A stretch of DNA of 32,000 nucleotides from Methanopyrus kandleri AV19 (GTDB lineage Archaea; JAADCQ01; Methanopyri; Methanopyrales; Methanopyraceae), in assembly GCF_000007185.1 (NCBI RefSeq), contig NC_003551.1, positions 1,020,001-1,052,000 on the forward strand. The letters are read 5' to 3'. Of the stretch, positions 26,783 through 32,000 are shown piece after piece (within the stretch, counting starts at the first letter, position 1; each line of letters starts with the position of its first letter). Below the pieces are notes generated by a model that had not been told where the DNA came from, searched no databases, and was given only the letters and a program-made list of their open reading frames with translations. A program made the position numbers and the translations under genes.

Positions 26783-26804
26783 TTTTCCTTTCCTTGGAAA
26801 AATA
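26783..26804. promoter_or_regulatory. AT-rich dyad in a divergent 122-bp spacer (probable shared promoter/operator region)
   Basis: The sequence is TTTTCCTTTCCTTGGAAAAATA and contains the dyad TTTCC-TT-GGAAA (26789-26800). It is the only AT-rich stretch between the divergent starts at 26720 (-) and 26843 (+). Confidence 0.3.
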
Positions 26805-26842
26805 CATCCGTCCCCTCCGGCCGGGGAGTGCCGGGGTCAACA

Positions 26843-27319
26843 ATGAGCGAGGGCGAGGGGATGGGGGAGCTGCGTGAGAGCATCGCCGAAGAGCTCAAGT
26901 CCCAGCCGAAACACAGGAAGCTGGCGTTCGCGTTACTTAGCTCGTTCAGGACGGCTGCGCTGAGACACCTGGGTGAATCGTGGGAACCGATAATCATGGA
27001 AGCTAGCAGGCAGTTCCTTAAGATTATCAAGATTATCGAAATCGCGGAGGGCAGGGAGATAGAGGGCCTCGAGGACGCTTTGAGCGTCGCCGTGGAGTAC
27101 GGATTGATCGGCGGTTTCGAGCTGGATGAGGACAGTGTTACGCTGGAGGGCGTATTGGAGAGCCTCGGCTGGGACGAGCGAACGTGTCGCGGCAAGGCGG
27201 CCTGCATAGTGACTAAAGGGATCGTCTTGGAGGGACTTCGTCGGGAGGGCTTGGATGTGGTAGAGCTGGAGGAGGACCTGGACGGAGATCGCGCCACGTT
27301 CCGGTGGAGGACCCGGTGA
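26843..27319 (+). CDS. V4R-like domain protein (degenerate)
   Basis: From ATG 26843 it reads MSEGEGMGELRESIAEELK... The C-terminal YGLIGGFELDEDSVTLEGVLESLGWDERTCRGKAACIVTKGIVLEGL...ATFRWR resembles the V4R core but lacks the last Cys pair. The ORF-track start at 26735 adds 36 poor-looking codons. Confidence 0.5.
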   Translation: MSEGEGMGELRESIAEELKSQPKHRKLAFALLSSFRTAALRHLGESWEPIIMEASRQFLKIIKIIEIAEGREIEGLEDALSVAVEYGLIGGFELDEDSVTLEGVLESLGWDERTCRGKAACIVTKGIVLEGLRREGLDVVELEEDLDGDRATFRWRTR

Positions 27320-27399
27320 GCTACCCCCACCCTCCTTCGCCCCTTAACTTTACCACCGATCCGACTTCCATCTCACGGTTTGGGGGATCCACACTGCGC

Positions 27400-27978
27400 G
27401 TGCTCCAAGTCGTGGGGCCGAAGGACTCCGGTAAAACGTCGTTCTGCGAGGAAGCCGTCAAGGAGCTGCGCGGGCGTGGTTACAGGGTGGGCTACGTGAA
27501 GTCGGTAGGCGGACACGGTCTAGACCTTCAGGATCGTGACACGGGTCGCGTTCCCGCGGACGTACGGGTGGGTGTAGCTAGAAAGGAAACAGTTCTGTTT
27601 CTCGATTTGGACATAGATGCTGTTCTCGGACTCCTCGCGCTGTTGGGGCTCGACTACGTACTTGTCGAGGGATTCAAGTCCCGTGAACTCGGCGTCAGGG
27701 TGGGGTTCGGTGGCTACACGGAGGGTCCCACAGTTCCCGCGGAGGAAATCGATACCTCACCTGCGGACGCTGTGGAACGTTACGCGGTGAAGTACACGGC
27801 CGACATCGACTGTGGTAGGTGCGGTCCGGGATCCTGTCGTGATTTCAGGCGGGCGGTGGCGCGGGGAGAGGAGAACCCGGACGGGTGCGCCGCCCCGGAG
27901 GACGTCACGGTGCTCGTCGACGGGAAACCCTTAGGTCTCAACCCGTTCGTAGGCGACTTGGTAAAGAGCGTGGTATAG
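27400..27978 (+). CDS. mobB: MobB-like P-loop protein (molybdopterin-guanine dinucleotide biosynthesis adaptor family) fused to a C-terminal Cys-cluster domain
   Basis: From GTG 27400 it reads MLQVVGPKDSGKTSF (Walker A near the N-terminus, as in MobB), with GYVKS and YVLVEGFK. The C-terminus has DCGRCGPGSCRDFRRAV...NPDGC (CxxCx4C...C) and then VLVDGKPLGLNPFVGDLV. The ORF-track start is 27304. Confidence 0.7.
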   Translation: MLQVVGPKDSGKTSFCEEAVKELRGRGYRVGYVKSVGGHGLDLQDRDTGRVPADVRVGVARKETVLFLDLDIDAVLGLLALLGLDYVLVEGFKSRELGVRVGFGGYTEGPTVPAEEIDTSPADAVERYAVKYTADIDCGRCGPGSCRDFRRAVARGEENPDGCAAPEDVTVLVDGKPLGLNPFVGDLVKSVV

Positions 27979-28182
27979 GCGCTGGTCGGGAGTATGAAAG
28001 GTGGAGGAGGGAACGACGTGATCGTAGCGCTCCGGCGTTGAAATCGGACCCCGTTGGAACCGTACCTACTTAATGCGCGCCGTCCGGACACCAACCCGCC
28101 ACGGATCGACCACGGGTCGGAATCGGATGACGATCGGTTGCGAACGGAGCGTTCGCGATGAAGAGGGCTGTACTCGCCGACC

Positions 28183-29454
28183 TCATACCTCCGCCACGAG
28201 TCGTGCGTGAGACGCGTCCACGATACGACACTCCAACCGCTCGCCGGGTTCCGGGACTTCGCCCCGGAACACCGTCTTCTTCGCGTGCTCGTCCCGTCCC
28301 CACTTCTCCATTACCATCGTCACCTCTACGGTCTCTCCGATCAGCTCGCGGTTCGCCTCCTCGGCCCACTCGAGGCGCTTGCGGTGAAGGATTCGGCTCC
28401 TCCGTAGCTTCACGTCCTCCGGGACCTGATCCTCCATCCGCGCCGCCGGAGTCCCGGGGCGTCGGCAGAACCTGGAAGCGTGCAGGATGTGCGGTCGGGT
28501 CCTCTCCAGGAACCTGAGGGTGTTACGGAAGGCCTCCTCGGTCTCCCCCGGGAACCCCACGATGACGTCCGTGATGAAGGAGAAGTACCCGAGTCGGCGC
28601 TCGAAGGCACGGTACACCTCCAAGGCCTCTTCGACCGTGTAGTTCCGGTTCATACGACGCAGCACCTCGTCGTCACCGCTCTGCACGGGCATGTGGATGG
28701 AACGGTACAGCACGTCGTCTCGGCTAGCGAAGAGGTCGGCGAGGTCGTCCGAGATGGGATAAGCGTGACCGGGGTTGAACATACCCAGGCGAACCCGGGC
28801 GCCGTAGCGCGAGCAGAGATCGACCACGTCCTCCAGCAGCTCGACGACGTTCGTCCCCCGGTCCAGTCCGTACGTCGCGGTGTCCTGTGCGGTGAGGTGA
28901 ATCTCGACGGCTCCGCGCTCCAGCTCCCGCTTCACACGCCGCAGGATGCGCTCCGGGGGAAAGCTGCGGAGGTTCCCACGTGCGAGCTTCACGGCGCAGT
29001 ACGCGCATCTGTTCGGACAGCCCTCCGCGATCGGTACGATGGCGGCGAGGTTAGGCAGCTCACGGGGAGCGTCGGCCTTCCAGTCGATGTCTTCACGTTC
29101 ACCCAGGAACTCCACTCGATCGCCGCGCAGCACGGCTCGAACGGCTTCCGGTATGCGGTCGAGGTGTCGGGGGCCTACGAGAGCAGCGTCCGGGCGGAGC
29201 TTGCGGGCGCGCTCCGGGTAGGCTTCCGGGAAGCATCCGGCTACGACGGTCGGCACACGCTCCAGCTCGCGCATCCTGTTCACCATTCGGGCGTCCACGC
29301 TGTCCCGAACGATGCAGGTCAGGAGGACGGCGACGTCCGCGTTCTCAGCGTCTTCGACCACCTCAAAACCTTCTCGGCGTAACAGCTCCCTCACCAGTCT
29401 ACCGTCGTCGTGGTTGGCGGCACACCCGTACACCTCGACGGCGACCTTGGTCAC
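28183..29454 (-). CDS. mtaB: MiaB-family methylthiotransferase (archaeal/eukaryotic MtaB, CDKAL1-like)
   Basis: It has a UPF0004 N-domain (VEVYGCAANHDDG...ADVAVLLTCIVRD), the radical-SAM motif EGCPNRCAYCAV, and a TRAM-like C-terminus. The start is placed at GTG complement 29452-29454, 5 nt after the upstream stop and preceded by GGGGTGAT. The ORF-track start at 29643 overlaps the upstream gene by 184 nt. Confidence 0.85.
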   Translation of the reverse strand: MTKVAVEVYGCAANHDDGRLVRELLRREGFEVVEDAENADVAVLLTCIVRDSVDARMVNRMRELERVPTVVAGCFPEAYPERARKLRPDAALVGPRHLDRIPEAVRAVLRGDRVEFLGEREDIDWKADAPRELPNLAAIVPIAEGCPNRCAYCAVKLARGNLRSFPPERILRRVKRELERGAVEIHLTAQDTATYGLDRGTNVVELLEDVVDLCSRYGARVRLGMFNPGHAYPISDDLADLFASRDDVLYRSIHMPVQSGDDEVLRRMNRNYTVEEALEVYRAFERRLGYFSFITDVIVGFPGETEEAFRNTLRFLERTRPHILHASRFCRRPGTPAARMEDQVPEDVKLRRSRILHRKRLEWAEEANRELIGETVEVTMVMEKWGRDEHAKKTVFRGEVPEPGERLECRIVDASHARLVAEV

Positions 29455-29459
29455 CGTTA

Positions 29460-30998
29460 TCACCCCCAGCGTCTCGGTATTTCCGTGACGTACGAAACGA
29501 ACGCGTTGTAGGCTACTACTCGGTAAGCCTCCCTGCTGATCCTCCAGTACATCCTGATCGAGAAGATCAAGGAAAGTCCGGCGGCCAGAATGGCCCCCGT
29601 CAGGTAACCCATCGGGAGGAAGCTTTCCCCGAAGTACTTCCATACCAGCAGCTCCGTGGCTGGTACCGCGGATGTGACGAGCAGTGCCTCGAGGTCCCTA
29701 CGGAAGGTGAGGAGCTGCGGGTAAATGTAGACGAGAATGGCTCCCGGTAAACTTCCGATCAAATACATCATCAGGACGCTTATATTCGAGACATGGACTT
29801 TTAAGAACAACGCGCCGGTGGCCGTGAGCAGCAACGGTATCGCGTACTTCCTGGGCAGCTTCACCGCTCCGAGTCCCGCGAAGAACGACAGAGCGCCGAG
29901 CACGGCCAGTGAGATGTACCCCAGAGTCCGATGCACGGAGATGCCGATCGCGAGCATGATCAAAGCCGTGATCAGGCCGGCGAGCACGAGCGTCCAGGCG
30001 AGGCTCCGCCAGTACGCCTTCATGACGAACTCTCGGAGTGCGTACATTCCGTCCCAGTCCACGCGGTACAGGAGGTCGAGCTTCTCCTCCACGGAGTCCC
30101 AGAACTTGATCGCCGCCAAGGTGCCGGCGAACAGTGGCATCATGCCGACGAACGACGGGGAGTCCAGTGGGAAGTACGGGAACCCGTACTTAGACCAAAC
30201 TAGGAACTTATCGAAGAACATTACTAAGTAATACGCGATTGCGGACATCATCATGACCGAGTAGTCCGCGAACGCTGCAATAGCTACTTTCAGGCTTTTA
30301 ATTAGTAGATTGCCGCGCGTGAATATGGAGATTTTAGAGATTCTATTCACACCTTGGATGACATCTATGAAAGATAGTAACATCATAGCTACCAGTATAG
30401 TGGAGGCTACTAAATACGCTTGGTCCGCCTCTATGATCATTAGGGAGACTATAAATGAAATTACGAAAAGGGCCCACGGCATCGTTACTCGACGAGCGAT
30501 TAATCCCGGACGAGCCCAAGAAACGGCGGAATGAGCGGCCGTAAACATGTATGCTAATGTGGCCATAGGGGTCGCTATAGTGGTTGCTAGTGATATTTTT
30601 ATGTTGAACAGCTGAGTTAATTCATTGTAAAGAATAATCGAACATACGGTACAAAAAATTGTCGATAATATTATGATTCCAGGTATGGGTATGAACGTTT
30701 CTAGAAATAAGGTGTCTAAAATTACGCGTGAAACAAGTACTTGAAAGGGGGCGGAAGTAAGGACAGCTGCGATTAGTGAGAGGCTCACTGGAGCTAGTTT
30801 CGTCGATCCTAGGACTATGAGTGTGGACAGCACGAAGATAACTCCGAGTACAGGGGAAGCGCCTAAGACGATTTTTATGAGTACGACCGGGTTACTGGCG
30901 GCTCTACCTACTGAGCGGATTATCGCCACTAATGTGTCAGATATTGCGCCCAATTCAGTCACCCCTGGCGTATTTACAGTACTCCCGGAAGTAGTCAT
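29460..30998 (-). CDS. Polytopic membrane protein (about 12-14 TM); candidate PelG-like / polysaccharide-export family
   Basis: The 512-aa protein is almost entirely hydrophobic helices. A central FFDKFLVWSKYG...P..., followed by an acidic amphipathic stretch (DSVEEKLDLLYRVDWDG), resembles what I recall of PelG (EPS-E family). It lies directly downstream of, and overlaps, a PelF-like GT4 gene. The family call is from memory only. Confidence 0.45.
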   Translation of the reverse strand: MTTSGSTVNTPGVTELGAISDTLVAIIRSVGRAASNPVVLIKIVLGASPVLGVIFVLSTLIVLGSTKLAPVSLSLIAAVLTSAPFQVLVSRVILDTLFLETFIPIPGIIILSTIFCTVCSIILYNELTQLFNIKISLATTIATPMATLAYMFTAAHSAVSWARPGLIARRVTMPWALFVISFIVSLMIIEADQAYLVASTILVAMMLLSFIDVIQGVNRISKISIFTRGNLLIKSLKVAIAAFADYSVMMMSAIAYYLVMFFDKFLVWSKYGFPYFPLDSPSFVGMMPLFAGTLAAIKFWDSVEEKLDLLYRVDWDGMYALREFVMKAYWRSLAWTLVLAGLITALIMLAIGISVHRTLGYISLAVLGALSFFAGLGAVKLPRKYAIPLLLTATGALFLKVHVSNISVLMMYLIGSLPGAILVYIYPQLLTFRRDLEALLVTSAVPATELLVWKYFGESFLPMGYLTGAILAAGLSLIFSIRMYWRISREAYRVVAYNAFVSYVTEIPRRWG

Positions 30999-32000
30999 GA
31001 CACATGCGCATTACATCGTACTGTTTGGCGCGTTTGGTGGCATGATGTGCCATCTCGAACATTAACTCGGGATCGTAGAGTAGGCGTACCAGGTGCCTGG
31101 CGGCTTCGTCCGCGTCCTCGGATCGGAAGGTGCGACCGAAGTTCCTGTCGACTATGTACGGCACTGCGCCGACCTCGGAGGCTACTACCGGGCATCCACA
31201 GCTCATCGCCTCGAGGAGTGCCATTGGCAGTCCTTCCGAGCGGCTCGGTAGGAGGAAGATGTGGAACCTACGAAGCCACTTGACTACCTCGTCTGGAGTG
31301 CAGGGACCGTGGAACCTCACGATGTCTTCCAGGCCGTACTCCTTCACGAGTTTCCGGCACTCCTCGTAGTACGCCTCGTCTTCCACTGGGCCTACCACGT
31401 GGAACACGACATTGCCTATGTGCTCGACGGTGCGGGCCGCGATCTCGATAAGTACGTCGATACCCTTGACGCGTTCGATCCTCGTGATCGTACCGACCTC
31501 GAGCACTTCCGGCTCGTTGTACTTCCTCTCCAGGTCGCCGGGAGAGTACTTCCAGGTCTCTATTCCCGAGTAAACGACTTTGATTTTATCCTCAGGAGCT
31601 CCCTGCTCCAGGGCCAGCTCCGCGTGGTAGTCCGAGATTTCTATTATCTCCTCGCACTGCTCGTACGACGTGAGCATCATCGAGCGGAAGCACTCCTTGA
31701 AAAGCTCGCGTGTCGTCCTCCCGTACCCCTCCAGTCGCGTGTCGAGCTCCCTAAGCAGTATCCCGTGCTCGGTGATGATAAAGGGGACATTCCGTACCGC
31801 CTTCGCGACCGAGCACAGGAACCCGCATACTCCCGAGTTCTGGGCGTGCGCGACGTCACAGTTCGGTAGTCGTCTAGCGCCGGCGGCCGCCCCTAGCACG
31901 AAGGATGCTATGTTCACGGCTACCCAGAACACGTCGCTGAACGGGTTATTCTCGCACTTGTCCTCGTACTGGGAGGCTAGGTAGTGAACGTATCGTGCGA
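30955..32000 (-). CDS. GT4 (GT-B fold) glycosyltransferase, PelF-like; 5' end lies beyond the right edge
   Basis: It has a GT4 E-x7-E region (LPSRSEGLPMALLEAMSCGCPVVASEVG) and HAQNSG...VPFIITEHGILLRELD, the TEHGI motif I associate with PelF-type enzymes. The frame stays open upstream of the ORF-track GTG at 31932 to position 32000 (ARYVHYLASQYEDKCENNPFSD...), so the gene is truncated by the window. Confidence 0.75.
   Translation of the reverse strand, partial: ARYVHYLASQYEDKCENNPFSDVFWVAVNIASFVLGAAAGARRLPNCDVAHAQNSGVCGFLCSVAKAVRNVPFIITEHGILLRELDTRLEGYGRTTRELFKECFRSMMLTSYEQCEEIIEISDYHAELALEQGAPEDKIKVVYSGIETWKYSPGDLERKYNEPEVLEVGTITRIERVKGIDVLIEIAARTVEHIGNVVFHVVGPVEDEAYYEECRKLVKEYGLEDIVRFHGPCTPDEVVKWLRRFHIFLLPSRSEGLPMALLEAMSCGCPVVASEVGAVPYIVDRNFGRTFRSEDADEAARHLVRLLYDPELMFEMAHHATKRAKQYDVMRMCHDYFREYCKYARGD

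Noticed and set aside
26789-26800. Dyad TTTCC-TT-GGAAA as an origin-recognition-box (ORB-like) element
   Set aside because: It occurs as a single copy with no flanking repeats, no extended AT-rich unwinding region and no initiator gene nearby. It is more simply a promoter or operator in a divergent spacer.
26401-27330. 309-aa minus-strand ORF
   Set aside because: It spans the antisense of the V4R-like gene and an out-of-frame overlap of the MBL gene. It is S/R/P-rich and has no motif.

Overview
This is a high-GC (roughly 60%), very tightly packed archaeal chromosomal segment. Its gene content fits a hyperthermophilic methanogen: MptE-type pterin kinase, CDP-archaeol synthase, a Tes-like lipid radical-SAM enzyme, archaeal Elp3, Fap7 and split GltB-type domains. 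Shine-Dalgarno-like GGAGGTGAT/GGGGTGA motifs and many GTG/TTG starts are present. From memory it resembles Methanopyrus, but I cannot verify that here. I support about 35 protein genes (two run off the window edges and one is frameshifted) and one tRNA-Thr(GGU). All family calls rest on motifs I read in the ORF translations; no database search was possible. Most long ORFs antisense to these genes are high-GC artefacts. Several ORF-track N-termini appear over-extended, and I give the starts I consider more likely. The points most worth a second look are:
- a class-II glutamine amidotransferase + GXGXG protein + QueC unit with no FMN subunit
- CarS head-to-head with a Tes/GDGT-MAS-like radical-SAM gene, about 18 bp apart
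- a V4R gene split by a frameshift, inside a V4R / DHPS-like MBL / V4R-like / MobB-FeS cluster close to an MptE-like kinase
- a PelF/PelG-like pair and a GT-C glycosyltransferase, both with markedly AT-rich sequence
- a Zn-ribbon protein coupled to an N-terminally extended radical-SAM enzyme
- three oversized spacers (about 430-560 nt) with no credible ORF, where I could not identify an RNA
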